From IMG/VR virus record IMGVR_UViG_3300006169_000020, positions 1-41,829 of that record: 41,829 nt of DNA; one strand, 5' to 3'. The first letter of the stretch is position 1. Each line of letters starts with the position of its first letter. Shown here one piece after another: positions 1-9,287 of the stretch. The notes under the pieces are model-generated. The model did no database searches. It saw only the letters and a program-made list of their open reading frames with translations, and had not been told where the DNA came from. Both the position numbers and the translations under genes were made by a program. The DNA is from a virus. Taxonomy: Duplodnaviria; Caudoviricetes.

Positions 1-86
1 AGACGACGGCATTGACCGACCGGGCCGGGCGACGGTTACGGGCAAGGGAGTTGTTCGCGCGGCGCTGGACGACGCCGGCGTTGGCC
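1..86 (+). repeat. Terminal direct repeat, left copy (assembly overlap of a circular contig)
   Basis: Matches 41744-41829 at 82/86 positions (differences at 11 a/c, 38 a/c, 44 a/c, 64 g/c). Confidence 0.95.
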
Positions 87-937
87 GAGTCGTTCGTGGA
101 GACCAGGTCGAGCCGCGGCCACCCGCCAGAGGTCAGGGACGGGTCGGTGGCGGACCGGATGACCTTGGCCTTCTCCTCGTTCGCGCCGACTGCCCACGCG
201 GTGGTGGCCACCTCGCCTGCGGACTCGTCGATCGTCAGCTGACGCAGCACGTTCTGCCCGGGGGTGGTTCCGTTGAGCCGCCACGGGGTGAGGTTCGTCA
301 ACTGAGGCTTCGCCTCGGTGCCGGTCAGGAGGTCCCACACGACGCTCGTGGTCGACCCGGCCGCATACCGGGGGAGGAGCAGGAACTCCGTCCCCTCCTC
401 GGCCTCGGTCAGCTCGGTGACGCGTTGCCCTGCGTAGGCCATCTCGTGGCCGAGGTAGGTGCGGGTTCGGGTTCCCGTCCGCGTGGGCTCGAACGTGATG
501 GGCAGGTCACCGTCGGGGAGGCTGGTGACGTGCGCGACGATTGCGCGGATGATGGACCCGTGGTCGCGGTTGGACCACGTCAGCGCACCCTTCGCGACCT
601 GGTCGGCGGCGACGTTGGGGACCAGGGCGCGCCGGTTGAAGATCGTGAACAGGCCGGCACCGGTGAGGGTCAGGACGTCAGCTCCGACATCGCGGCCCCA
701 GATGGTGCCGGCGTCGACGATGCGGCGCACCGTCCCGTCGTCCCACTCGAGCGCCCACAGGCCCTTCCCGGGCGGCAGGGCACGGTAGAAGTCGGCGGAC
801 CGGTCACCACCGGGGATGGTGGCGTTGAACTCGCCGTCCCCGAGCATCCCCTGCGAGCCGGTTGCGGCCGAGACGGGCATTCGACCGTACAGGCGGCCGT
901 CCCGCACGGACCCGTACCGCAGGATGTAGCCCGGCAT
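1..937 (-). CDS. Minor tail protein, 5' part (continues across the junction to 41565; about 371 aa in total)
   Basis: ATG at 937 overlaps the TGA of the upstream gene (MPGYILRYGSVRDGRLYGRMPVSAATG...). The frame runs off the left end and is in frame with the TGA at 41565-41567 after circularisation. Lies two genes after Dit. Absent from the supplied ORF track because it is split. Confidence 0.75.
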   Translation of the reverse strand, partial: MPGYILRYGSVRDGRLYGRMPVSAATGSQGMLGDGEFNATIPGGDRSADFYRALPPGKGLWALEWDDGTVRRIVDAGTIWGRDVGADVLTLTGAGLFTIFNRRALVPNVAADQVAKGALTWSNRDHGSIIRAIVAHVTSLPDGDLPITFEPTRTGTRTRTYLGHEMAYAGQRVTELTEAEEGTEFLLLPRYAAGSTTSVVWDLLTGTEAKPQLTNLTPWRLNGTTPGQNVLRQLTIDESAGEVATTAWAVGANEEKAKVIRSATDPSLTSGGWPRLDLVSTNDSANAGVVQRRANNSLARNRRPARSVNAVV

Positions 938-1947
938 CAGCTACGCGGGTACGAGCCGCCGATGACGTACCACGCCGCCGATGCGGCCTCCGCGTACAGC
1001 TGCACCGTCCCGTCAGTCTCCACCATCACCGACCGGGACGCGGCCGTGTTCGCGGTCAGGTTCAGCGGCGTCCGAACCGTCGGCGCCGGGATACCGGCGG
1101 GCAGGGTGCAGACGGTGGTGTACCCGCCCGTGAACGTGGCGTTGGCGAGGGTGCCACGGAAGTGGACCACGTCACGCAGCAGGCGCGCCTGCCACCGCAC
1201 CCCGGACGGCTCGGTCCAGCCGCCCGGCACGATCGGCAGGTTCGCCCACGCGTCTGTCGAGTCCCACATGCTGCCGTCGTAGGTGTCGACACGCCCACCG
1301 GCGTCCAGGCGCAGCACCCGCGCCCCGGCGAACACGCCCAGCGCGGCCCGCTCCGTCGCGTTGCGCACCGGCACCGGCGCGCCACGCGAGACGGTCCACT
1401 GTCCTGTCGTGGTCAGGGTGCACTGGGCGGCGTTCGTGGTCGTCGCCACCGTCGCCGTGGAGTCCCACGTGACAGTGCCCACCTCGACCGCACCGGACGG
1501 GGCGCCGGACAGGGCAGGCTTCGACGGGGCCGACCCGGGCGTGCCCGTGATCAACCCGTACTCGGCCGCGGTCACGGCGTCCGGCGATACCAGCGAGTTC
1601 TTGTCCTTCTGCCGCACCCAGATCAGGTCGATGCGCTTGTTCCCCAACGCCGGGGCGGCCGGGACCGCCACCAGTGTGGGGGTGGCGTTCGTCCCGACGT
1701 AGACGCCCTCAGTCAGGACGTCCTTCGCGGCCACGAAGTGGTGCGCAGCCACCTGAACCGTCGGCGGGTCGGTCGTCGCCTGCCCCGTCAGGAGCTGCGC
1801 CGCACCAGCCCACACCAGCCCGGTGCGGACGTTGCGGGAGTCGCTGGTGCTCGTCGCCCAGAACGCGGACTCGGCCAGGCGGGCGTCGATCGGGTCAAGG
1901 ACCAGGTCGTCGTCCGCCCCAACCCAACGCGACTGCGCAAGAACCAT
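937..1947 (-). CDS. Minor tail protein
   Basis: 336 aa after Dit. Segment resembling actinophage minor tails (RIDLIWVRQKD...ITGTPGSAPSKP) plus a short C-terminal beta-rich domain (VVHFRG...VCTLPAGIPAP). Confidence 0.75.
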   Translation of the reverse strand: MVLAQSRWVGADDDLVLDPIDARLAESAFWATSTSDSRNVRTGLVWAGAAQLLTGQATTDPPTVQVAAHHFVAAKDVLTEGVYVGTNATPTLVAVPAAPALGNKRIDLIWVRQKDKNSLVSPDAVTAAEYGLITGTPGSAPSKPALSGAPSGAVEVGTVTWDSTATVATTTNAAQCTLTTTGQWTVSRGAPVPVRNATERAALGVFAGARVLRLDAGGRVDTYDGSMWDSTDAWANLPIVPGGWTEPSGVRWQARLLRDVVHFRGTLANATFTGGYTTVCTLPAGIPAPTVRTPLNLTANTAASRSVMVETDGTVQLYAEAASAAWYVIGGSYPRS

Positions 1948-1959
1948 GAGCCGATCTCC

Positions 1960-2838
1960 TCAGTAGTAGGCCGGCGCCAGCGACGCCGTGCAGGTCGGGG
2001 GGTCGGTGTGCGTCTCGGACCCGAGGGTGGCGAACACGAACGTCGCCGTCTGCCCTGACGGGACGGTGAAGAACTCGTCCACCGTGAGCAGCCCGGTGCG
2101 GTCCTGCCCACCGGAGGACGCCGCGCCCTCCAGGCCGTCGATCAGCACCTCGTCACCGACGGGGGACTCGTACCGCAACCGCCGACCCGTCTCCAGGTGG
2201 GTGAGCTGGAACCCGGTTCCGAGTGGACCGGTCACCGTGAACGTCGGCTCGGACGGTGCTGTGCCGGTGTTCGTCGACGCCAGCCGCCCACCGGTGCGGG
2301 GCTGCCCGAAGTTGAAGAACGACCCGACCGGCCACGACAGCCCGGTGCCGCCACCAGCCAGACGGGTGGTCTGCGACTCGGCTACCCCGAACTTGCGGTA
2401 GTCGGGGGCGGTGAACTGCAGCTGCCACCGGAACGCGACACCCGAGTCCAGCCACTCGCACTCCGGCTGAGCCGACAGGCGCACCCGCACCGACCGCACA
2501 CCCACCACGTCGTTGCTGACGGTGAAAACCCCCATCGACCCGTCCGCCAGCGTCGCAGCCAGGGTGTCCGCGGCCAGCTCGGCCAGGAGCCGGGAGTCAG
2601 CGACGCACACACCCTCCATGGCGATGACCCGCTCACGCCGGTACACAGGCCCGTCATACGAGCCGTGCCGCCCCGGGCGGGGCGAGAACTGGGTCTCCAC
2701 CCCGCCGCCCATGGACCACCCGCTCAGGGACTCACACAGCCACGTGACACCGTCGAGGTCGAGCCCCACCAGCAGCCCGTCGACCGAGTAGACGGTGTCC
2801 GAGTGCAGTCGCAGGTCGGACCCGGGAAGGATGATCAC
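1960..2838 (-). CDS. Distal tail (Dit-like) minor tail protein
   Basis: GTG overlaps the tape measure stop. Motifs FRWQLQFTAPDYRKFG and NTGTAPSEPTFTVTGP are typical of the post-tape-measure Dit gene. Confidence 0.75.
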   Translation of the reverse strand: MIILPGSDLRLHSDTVYSVDGLLVGLDLDGVTWLCESLSGWSMGGGVETQFSPRPGRHGSYDGPVYRRERVIAMEGVCVADSRLLAELAADTLAATLADGSMGVFTVSNDVVGVRSVRVRLSAQPECEWLDSGVAFRWQLQFTAPDYRKFGVAESQTTRLAGGGTGLSWPVGSFFNFGQPRTGGRLASTNTGTAPSEPTFTVTGPLGTGFQLTHLETGRRLRYESPVGDEVLIDGLEGAASSGGQDRTGLLTVDEFFTVPSGQTATFVFATLGSETHTDPPTCTASLAPAYY

Positions 2839-4964
2839 CGCGGGACCCGCATCTTGAACGCGAGCGCGTTCGCTGCGGTGCGGCCGATCTCGTATTCCGA
2901 CTGGCCGGCTGCCGGGTGGACCGCGACCAGGGGGCCGCGGCCGCTGGCCAGCTGTCGCAGCTGGTCGGCGTTGAAGGCGCTGCCGGCCTGGGCTGGGACG
3001 AATAGGCCCTGCCGGGGGGTGGTGGTCGCGGGGGTTCCGGTCGCCACGGAGGAGGCCAGCCCGGCGGATGCTGCTGCGACTGACGGTCGGGAGGCGACCA
3101 GTCCGTCGACGAGCATGTCGGCGAGGCGCTTCCCGGCGCCGCCGTTGTTCCACGACCGCAGCGGCCCAGCCTTGACCGGCGAGCCGGGGAAGAAGTCCCT
3201 GATCGCCTGCGCCGCGGAGGAGGCCGCGTTGATGACGCCTTGGATGCGGGACCGGATCCCGTCGATGAGGCCCTGCACGAGGCGGGCGCCGGCGTTGTAC
3301 AGCAGGCTGCCGAGGTCACCGAGGGCGGACACGAATCGGCCGGGGAGGCCGCTGACGAAGTCGACGGCGCCGGAAATCCCTGAGGAGACAGCGGACTTCA
3401 CACCATTCCACACGCTGGTCATGGCCGACCGCAGGGCGGGGCCAGCACCTGAGACCAGGGAACGGACGACGTTCAGCGCCTGCGACACCAAGCCGCGGAT
3501 CACCTGCCATGCCCCGGAGACGATCTGCTTGATGCCGGCCCACGCCCCGGACCAGTCGCCGCGGATCAGCGAGGTGACGGTTCGGATGACGCCCTGGATG
3601 ATGCGGAGCGCGCCGCCGATGACGGTGAGGATGTTCCGGAAGGTTGCCGCGGCGAAGTTCATGATCTGGTTGCCCCACCGGGACCAGATGCCGCCGATGA
3701 TCGCGGTGACCCGCTGGATCACGGCCTGCACCAGACCCATCACGCCGGTGATGACGGACCCGATCTGGGTGAAGACTGCCCGGATCTGCGGCATCATCGG
3801 CCCAATCCGGGCCATCATGCCGGCGACGAACTGCTGCACGATCGGCAGCGCGACAGCGACGAAGCCACGCACCGCGCCGACGACGCCCATGACGGCCGGG
3901 ATCACGCTGCTGCGGAAGAAGCCGACCAGGCCCTGGAACGCGGTCGCGATCGCGGACGGGCCACCACCGGACTGGAACGAGGCGAAGAATCCGCGGACGG
4001 CCGGGACGAGGGTGCCCATGAGGAACGCACCCACCGGCTGCACCGCCGACCACACGCCCTTGAGGAAGGCGACGAACGCGCCGCCCGCGCCGGAGCCGTC
4101 CTGCATCCCTGCGACGAACGAGGACAGGGCCGGGATGATCCGGGTCGTCATGAAGTTGGCGACCTTGTCGATCACCGGCAGCAGCGCGGTCCCGATCTGC
4201 TCCTTGAAGTTGCCCCACGCGACGGACATCTTCTCCCCGGCCGTGGCCGACGCAGCTGCGGCACCGCCGACCTGGGACTCAACCTCACCGAGGATGATCT
4301 TCTGCGCCTCGAGCGTCTTGCCCGACTCGACGAGCGCCCGGATCTGCTTCTTCTGCTGCTCGGTGAACGTGACACCGGACCGGGACAGGGCGCTGATGCC
4401 CTTGATCGGGTCATTGAGGGCCTTGCCGAGCATCTTCGACTGGCCGGCCATGTCGCCGAACCCGGCGGCGGACAGGTCCGTCGCGGCCTGGGTGGCCCGG
4501 TCGAAGATGTCAGAGCCCTTGCCGACCTCGTTGCGGACGTTCTTGAACGTCAGCAGCATGTTCGCGCCGGACTGGATCGCCTCGTCGTCGATGCCGGTCT
4601 TGTTGCTGATGGCCGTCGCGAGGTTCCCGACCTGGTCGGCGGTGACGTTCGCCACCCCGCCCGTGGACTTGATGATCGACTGGGTCAGGGCCCCGACCTT
4701 CTGCGCCTCCCGGGCCTCACCGACGGCGTCCTTGATGAACCCGACACCGAGCGCGCCCGCGCCGACCAGGGCCAGCGCGCCGACCTTCGCGGCCGTGGCC
4801 ATGCCCGACTTGAAGCGGGACCCGAACGACGCGGCCGCAGTGTCGCCGGCCTTGGTGCCGGCGGCCGCCATGCCACCACCGAGGTCGGCCTGGAGCTTGC
4901 CAGCGAACCCCTTGGCGGAGGGGACGACAGTCAGGTACGCGGTGCCGACGTCGACTCCCATCAT
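2835..4964 (-). CDS. Tape measure protein
   Basis: 709 aa, Ala/Gly-rich helical. N-terminus VGTAYLTVVPSAKGF, LGKALNDP motif, Trp/Phe-spaced repeats (GDWSGAWAGIKQIVSGAW), C-terminal FFPGSPVKAGPLR. Confidence 0.93.
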   Translation of the reverse strand: MMGVDVGTAYLTVVPSAKGFAGKLQADLGGGMAAAGTKAGDTAAASFGSRFKSGMATAAKVGALALVGAGALGVGFIKDAVGEAREAQKVGALTQSIIKSTGGVANVTADQVGNLATAISNKTGIDDEAIQSGANMLLTFKNVRNEVGKGSDIFDRATQAATDLSAAGFGDMAGQSKMLGKALNDPIKGISALSRSGVTFTEQQKKQIRALVESGKTLEAQKIILGEVESQVGGAAAASATAGEKMSVAWGNFKEQIGTALLPVIDKVANFMTTRIIPALSSFVAGMQDGSGAGGAFVAFLKGVWSAVQPVGAFLMGTLVPAVRGFFASFQSGGGPSAIATAFQGLVGFFRSSVIPAVMGVVGAVRGFVAVALPIVQQFVAGMMARIGPMMPQIRAVFTQIGSVITGVMGLVQAVIQRVTAIIGGIWSRWGNQIMNFAAATFRNILTVIGGALRIIQGVIRTVTSLIRGDWSGAWAGIKQIVSGAWQVIRGLVSQALNVVRSLVSGAGPALRSAMTSVWNGVKSAVSSGISGAVDFVSGLPGRFVSALGDLGSLLYNAGARLVQGLIDGIRSRIQGVINAASSAAQAIRDFFPGSPVKAGPLRSWNNGGAGKRLADMLVDGLVASRPSVAAASAGLASSVATGTPATTTPRQGLFVPAQAGSAFNADQLRQLASGRGPLVAVHPAAGQSEYEIGRTAANALAFKMRVPR

Positions 4965-5712
4965 CCCTCCTTGGTGAATCGTCCGCGGGCGTCGCGGCGG
5001 CGGGGCCGACCGGTCGTCTCACGGGACAGGTGGGGGTGGCGGTCGCGGAACACGCGGGCCCGCTGCTCCATCCGCGTGAGCTGGCCCTCGGCCTGGCGCT
5101 GCTCAGTTGGGCGGCGGACCGGTTGGGGCTTCTTCGCGCGGCTGTCGCCGGCGCGTTGCCAGTTCCCGACCTGGACCGCGTCGAACACGGACGCGGTCAG
5201 GTGCTCACCGGCCGTCCAGGCTGAGTCGAACCCGCACGAGATCCACGTCTGCGCCCCGGTCGGCAGCTGCATTGCCAGCACAGCGGCCCTACGCGGGGTC
5301 AGGACGCCCCGCCACAGGTCGGTCAGGTCCAGGCCGTAGAACCGTTGGAAGTCAGCCTCGAGAGGCCCTGCATGCTCGCGGAGGAGGAAGCAGAGCCCTA
5401 GGAGTTTCCCGGGCCGCCGATGGCGTCCATCACGGCCTGCAGGAACGGCTCGAAGTCAGCTGAGCGGACGCGGCCCTTGTCGTCCCGGTTGGCGTCCTTC
5501 CACTTCGCCCACTGGTCCTCACCGAGGTAGCCGCGGATGGCGATGATGTACTTGCCGTCCTCGACGAACTCCATCAGCTCGAGGTTGTCGGCGTTGTCGC
5601 GGTCGATGCGGTAGACCGCGTCGTTGTGGGTGACCTCGAGGAAGTCGGCCTTGGCCTCGGCCTTCGGCTGACGGTCGGTCGGCTTCTTCGCGTCCGCGGG
5701 GATCTTGGGCAT
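4961..5712 (-). CDS. Tail assembly chaperone, long form via programmed -1 frameshift
   Basis: After G GGA AAC the -1 frame reads LLGLCFLLREHAGPLEADFQRFYGLDLTDLWRGVLTPRRAAVLAMQLP... and stays open to the stop at 4961, abutting the tape measure start. Confidence 0.85.
5398..5712 (-). CDS. Tail assembly chaperone, short form
   Basis: 104 aa between major tail and tape measure, ending ...GGPGNS over the slippery site. Confidence 0.88.
   Translation of the reverse strand: MPKIPADAKKPTDRQPKAEAKADFLEVTHNDAVYRIDRDNADNLELMEFVEDGKYIIAIRGYLGEDQWAKWKDANRDDKGRVRSADFEPFLQAVMDAIGGPGNS
5404..5410 (-). promoter_or_regulatory. -1 ribosomal frameshift slippery heptamer GGGAAAC
   Basis: X XXY YYZ pattern in the correct frame, just before the chaperone stop; the -1 frame is open. 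Confidence 0.88.
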
Positions 5713-5747
5713 GGCAGGTGCTCCGTTCTCGGCAGGCGGCAGGCAGG

Positions 5748-5786
5748 CCGAGACCCCCGGACGCCTGCCAGGCCCGGGGGTCTCGG
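5748..5786 (-). terminator. Stem-loop between major tail and chaperone genes (attenuator/processing structure)
   Basis: Perfect 13-bp inverted repeat CCGAGACCCCCGG/CCGGGGGTCTCGG with a 13-nt loop and no U-tract. Confidence 0.5.
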
Positions 5787-5796
5787 TTCAAGGGGG

Positions 5797-6381
5797 TCAG
5801 GCGCTGACGGCCTCGTCGAGCACGCCGGGCGAGTTCGTGAGCAGTTCGACCGGGCCCACCATGTTCACGGTGAACTCGTAGACGGTGAGCTCCTCGAACT
5901 TGTGCGCCACCGTCATCGACGGGTCGACCGTGCCCGTGCCGCACCAGCGCTTCACGATGTCCGTCGCCGCGCCGGATGAGTCGTCGACCTCGTCGATGAC
6001 CCACGCCTCCTCGACCGGGCTGATGCCGGCCGGGATCGTGCCCTTCGCGACCTCGGACGCACCGGTCCCGGTCTTGGTGAACGCGATGCCCGGGTGCACC
6101 AGGCCGAGGACGGTAGCGGTCTCCTCGAGGCACTGGAACTTGAACGACCGCTTCGCCTTCCCGTAGGTGACGCGCATCAGCGCGCCGCCCTGGTGGGCGA
6201 AGTGCTCGGTCTTGTCGACCTCCTGGCCGAACTCGACGCCGTCCTCCGACAGCCATCCCAGCTCGACGTGCGGGGTCGTCGGGGTGGCGAGCGTGGTCGG
6301 GGCGGTCGTGCCCTTCGGGGCCTTCCACACCCCGGAGGCGTCACCACCGTAGATGCGGACGTTGTCGCGGTCCTTGGTCAT
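5797..6381 (-). CDS. Major tail protein
   Basis: 194 aa; VWKAPKGTTAPT...ELGWLSEDGV...FKFQCLEE pattern of actinophage tail tube proteins; located before the chaperones. Confidence 0.9.
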   Translation of the reverse strand: MTKDRDNVRIYGGDASGVWKAPKGTTAPTTLATPTTPHVELGWLSEDGVEFGQEVDKTEHFAHQGGALMRVTYGKAKRSFKFQCLEETATVLGLVHPGIAFTKTGTGASEVAKGTIPAGISPVEEAWVIDEVDDSSGAATDIVKRWCGTGTVDPSMTVAHKFEELTVYEFTVNMVGPVELLTNSPGVLDEAVSA

Positions 6382-6384
6382 GGC

Positions 6385-6582
6385 CTACTGCTCCTTCTTC
6401 GCGGCGGCCTTGGTGGCCTTCTTCTCCGGCTCGCGGGCGCGGCCGTAGTGGAGGAGGGTCTTGCCCTCCTCGAGCGGCAGGGCGGCGGTCGAGTCGACGT
6501 CGTGCTCGACCCCGGCCGCGTCGCGGTACGGGTATGCGAACGTCACCTCGACGGTGCGCTCGTCACTGCGGGACTGGGTCAT
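6385..6582 (-). CDS. Small hypothetical virion-module protein
   Basis: ATG coupled to the upstream stop (ATGA); 65 aa with a Lys/Ala-rich tail. Confidence 0.6.
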   Translation of the reverse strand: MTQSRSDERTVEVTFAYPYRDAAGVEHDVDSTAALPLEEGKTLLHYGRAREPEKKATKAAAKKEQ

Positions 6583-6992
6583 GACAGCTGCTCTCCTCGG
6601 ATGAGCGGTTGGATCGTGAACAGGGTGTGGACCTTCGATGTGTCTGCCGGGTCGGGCAGCGGGACGGGGGCGGCGAAGATCCGGCACGGCAGGCGGCGAC
6701 GCAGGTGCGCCAGCAGCACCCGGGCAGCTCGGGACCGGGTCGCGTCCGTGGCCGCCGTTCCGTCTGCCCAGATCCGCAGGTCGACCAGGGGACGGTCGGC
6801 CACGACCTGCTCAGGGGTGCCGCCGACGACGCGCACCTGGATCGTCCAGGTCGGGGTGACGCCGGAGTCGATGACGGTGCGGCGCGCCCACACCTTCCCC
6901 TCCGGCGGGGCCGGCAGGAGACCGGCGTCGATGATCTCCTTCACCCGGTCGGTGATGACCTTCTCCGCATCCGCGGGAACGACCGCAGGCAT
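6579..6992 (-). CDS. Tail terminator
   Basis: 137 aa; PADAEKVI...IQVRVVGG...PLVDLRIWA...PVPLPDP pattern and gene order. Confidence 0.75.
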   Translation of the reverse strand: MPAVVPADAEKVITDRVKEIIDAGLLPAPPEGKVWARRTVIDSGVTPTWTIQVRVVGGTPEQVVADRPLVDLRIWADGTAATDATRSRAARVLLAHLRRRLPCRIFAAPVPLPDPADTSKVHTLFTIQPLIRGEQLS

Positions 6993-7246
6993 CAGGCCCC
7001 CCTGATCGACCGGCCGAGGACACGGTCACGCGCCTCACCGGCAGCGCCGGACCCGAGCCGGGTGACGTAGGCGCGCGCTCGGGAGCGGCCGCCCTCGGCC
7101 ACCTCGATCTCGTCATCGGTCTGCGACCTGGCGCGCGCTGCGATGCCTTCGGCGACCGACCGGACCGCTGCACGAACCTCTGGGGAGGTGAGAGCCTCAT
7201 CGCGGATCCCGAGACCGCTGAACTCGAACCGCACCGTGCTGGGCAT
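6992..7246 (-). CDS. Neck / tail-completion protein
   Basis: 84 aa from a coupled ATG (MPSTVRFEFSGLGIRDEALTSPEVRAAV...AEGIAARA); gene order. Confidence 0.65.
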   Translation of the reverse strand: MPSTVRFEFSGLGIRDEALTSPEVRAAVRSVAEGIAARARSQTDDEIEVAEGGRSRARAYVTRLGSGAAGEARDRVLGRSIRGA

Positions 7247-7572
7247 CAGCTCACCGCCTTCAGCCGAATAACCTTGTGGTCCAAGCGGGTGCCGCCGGCC
7301 CACTTGGCGACCTGGCCATCGACGGCGTACTCGACACCCTCGAAGAGGATCGTGTCGGTCTCGATGACGTCCGCGGCGACCGGGGCCCAGACCGTGTACA
7401 GCGTGGTGACCGCCTCGCGGCGGTCGACGAACTCGGCGCCGGCGCCGGGCTGCACCGAGCAGCCGCGAATGACCAGCTCGTCCGGGGCGCCCGGGACCGG
7501 GTTGCCGTAGTCGTCCTCACCCGTCGACGAGCCTGCACGTCGGCGGGTGATGGTCTGCCGGCCCAGCCTCAT
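7246..7572 (-). CDS. Head-to-tail stopper
   Basis: DDYGNPV...GCSVQP...YAVDGQVAKW pattern; gene order. Confidence 0.8.
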   Translation of the reverse strand: MRLGRQTITRRRAGSSTGEDDYGNPVPGAPDELVIRGCSVQPGAGAEFVDRREAVTTLYTVWAPVAADVIETDTILFEGVEYAVDGQVAKWAGGTRLDHKVIRLKAVS

Positions 7573-7955
7573 CAGCAGCGCTCGACCGGGTCCGGGTAGG
7601 GGCGTGCGGGCGGGAACGACCCGACAGGAGATGGCACACCCGCACCGGATACGTAGCTGTCGTTACCGGCCCACCGGGCCACGTACCCGAGGATCTCCGC
7701 GCGCCGCGCCCGGTCCCAGGTCGTGTTCTTCGCCCCTGTGGTCTCAGAGGCAAGCCCACCAGGGTTCTCGTGGGCGATGGCGCCGAGCTCGATCGCCCAC
7801 GAGAACAACTGGGGAGGCAGCGGGTCCGGGAACGTCACACTGCCAGCGGCGTCGGACAGCCACCCCGACACCACCTTCTCCGCCATCGCGGCTGGGGCAT
7901 CCTCCACCTGGTACTGCAGGAAGTTGCCCAGCTGCTCAGCCGTGAAGAGTGGCAT
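7572..7955 (-). CDS. Head-to-tail adaptor
   Basis: 127 aa with ENPGGLASET segment; first connector gene after the capsid genes. Confidence 0.72.
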   Translation of the reverse strand: MPLFTAEQLGNFLQYQVEDAPAAMAEKVVSGWLSDAAGSVTFPDPLPPQLFSWAIELGAIAHENPGGLASETTGAKNTTWDRARRAEILGYVARWAGNDSYVSGAGVPSPVGSFPPARPYPDPVERC

Positions 7956-7971
7956 CGAGGTGGCCCTCCCG

Positions 7972-8337
7972 TCAGGACTCGGGCTCGTCGTCCTCGACGT
8001 CGCCGCCGAGGTACTTCAGGACCAGGTCCTTCTTCAGGGCCTTCTCCGCCTCCTCGGCGGGCATGCCGCCGAGGTCGGACGCCGCGAACGCGCGCCAGGT
8101 GGCCAGGTTCGCGGACTTCGCCGGGGGCTCGGTGAACACCGTCGGCACCTGCGCCGCCGGGTCCTCCTCGTCCGCGGAGATCTCCTCGAGGAAGCCGATG
8201 TCCTCGAGCTCCTTGAGCCGCTGCGGGTCGGCGTCGAAGGTGATCTCGCGGCCCCGGTAGGCGTACTGCTGGGCGCCGGAGGCGTCCGGGAGCACGACCA
8301 GGGGCGCGACGACGACGTACCGCTTGCCGCGCGCCAT
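7972..8337 (-). CDS. Hypothetical capsid-adjacent protein
   Basis: 121 aa, coupled to the capsid stop; C-terminal small helical motif (PAKSANLATWRAFA...KKDLV). Confidence 0.65.
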   Translation of the reverse strand: MARGKRYVVVAPLVVLPDASGAQQYAYRGREITFDADPQRLKELEDIGFLEEISADEEDPAAQVPTVFTEPPAKSANLATWRAFAASDLGGMPAEEAEKALKKDLVLKYLGGDVEDDEPES

Positions 8338-9266
8338 CAGCGCGCCCCCGTGATCCGGATGCCGGCCATCGGCTCGAGGACGACCGGGACGGTGACGCGC
8401 CGGGCCCGGGCCCGGTACTCGTCCTCGTCGTCGTCGCGGAGGACCTTGACCTCGACGCCGGGCGTGCCCTGCGCGGTGGCCTTGGCGTACCCGGGCGACT
8501 GCAGGTCCTCGTCGGCCATGCCGCCGAGCTGCTCGGTGTCGGCGACCAGGACCGTGCCGGCCGGCGCCTGCGGCGACGGCAGCCAGGTCATGCCCTCGAC
8601 CTTGGGGAAGTCCCCGGTGGCGATCGCGTTGGCGGCGCCCTCGCGCGGGAGGTACCCCGCGGCGATGAACTTCGCCTTCACCGTCGCGTAGGTCAGCTCG
8701 TCGAGCGCGACCGTGTCCGGGTCGTAGCCCTCACCGAGGCTGGTGACGTCGGCCTTGGCCAGCATCACCGTGGTGAGGATCTGCTCGGCCGTCGAGGCGG
8801 ACCAGAGAGCACCCGCGGCGCGGGTCTGCGTCACGGCCGAGACGGTTGCCGACAGGGCGAGCGCGTCCACGGTCATGACGTTCTGGTTGGCCAGCTTCTG
8901 CATGGCCCGGTTGACCGGCGACATCTTCTGCCGCGCGATCGCCTCGTCGGTGATCTCGGCGTCCTGGCCCCACTTGGTGGTCTTCGCCACCGAGGGGGTG
9001 CCGTAGCCGAGCTGCACGACCGGGTACTCCGACCCGGGGGCGACCGCACGCGGCGCCTCGAGGGCACCGATCGGCTCACCGGACTCCCAGGTGATGGCAC
9101 CGCCGATGACCTGCAGGCGCTGCTTGAGCAGGGCGTCGGCGATGTACTTGCGGTCGAGCAGCGTCCGGAGACGCCGCGCGACGGTGGCCGGGTCCTTCAG
9201 GAGCCGGTGGATGTTGGCGACGTCACCCGTGTACGACGGCGCCGGCGGCGGGTATGTGTAACCCAT
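8337..9266 (-). CDS. Major capsid protein (HK97 fold)
   Basis: 309 aa; VAPGSEYP...KTTKWGQDAEITDEAI...PVVLEPMAGIRITG pattern; follows the protease and cement genes. Confidence 0.88.
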   Translation of the reverse strand: MGYTYPPPAPSYTGDVANIHRLLKDPATVARRLRTLLDRKYIADALLKQRLQVIGGAITWESGEPIGALEAPRAVAPGSEYPVVQLGYGTPSVAKTTKWGQDAEITDEAIARQKMSPVNRAMQKLANQNVMTVDALALSATVSAVTQTRAAGALWSASTAEQILTTVMLAKADVTSLGEGYDPDTVALDELTYATVKAKFIAAGYLPREGAANAIATGDFPKVEGMTWLPSPQAPAGTVLVADTEQLGGMADEDLQSPGYAKATAQGTPGVEVKVLRDDDEDEYRARARRVTVPVVLEPMAGIRITGAR

Positions 9267-9287
9267 GGTGGTGTTCCCTTCTGCCCG

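Noticed and set aside
1-86. Diversity-generating retroelement TR/VR pair (three of four mismatches between the end repeats involve A)
   Set aside because: No reverse transcriptase is present, the copies lie exactly at the contig ends, and they merge into one in-frame gene; assembly overlap explains it.
2197-4977. 926-aa plus-strand ORF and other long plus-strand ORFs (e.g. 9207-11189, 12223-14097, 21405-23225, 35336-37333)
   Set aside because: They are antisense shadows of clear minus-strand genes, expected in high-GC DNA, and carry no recognisable motifs.
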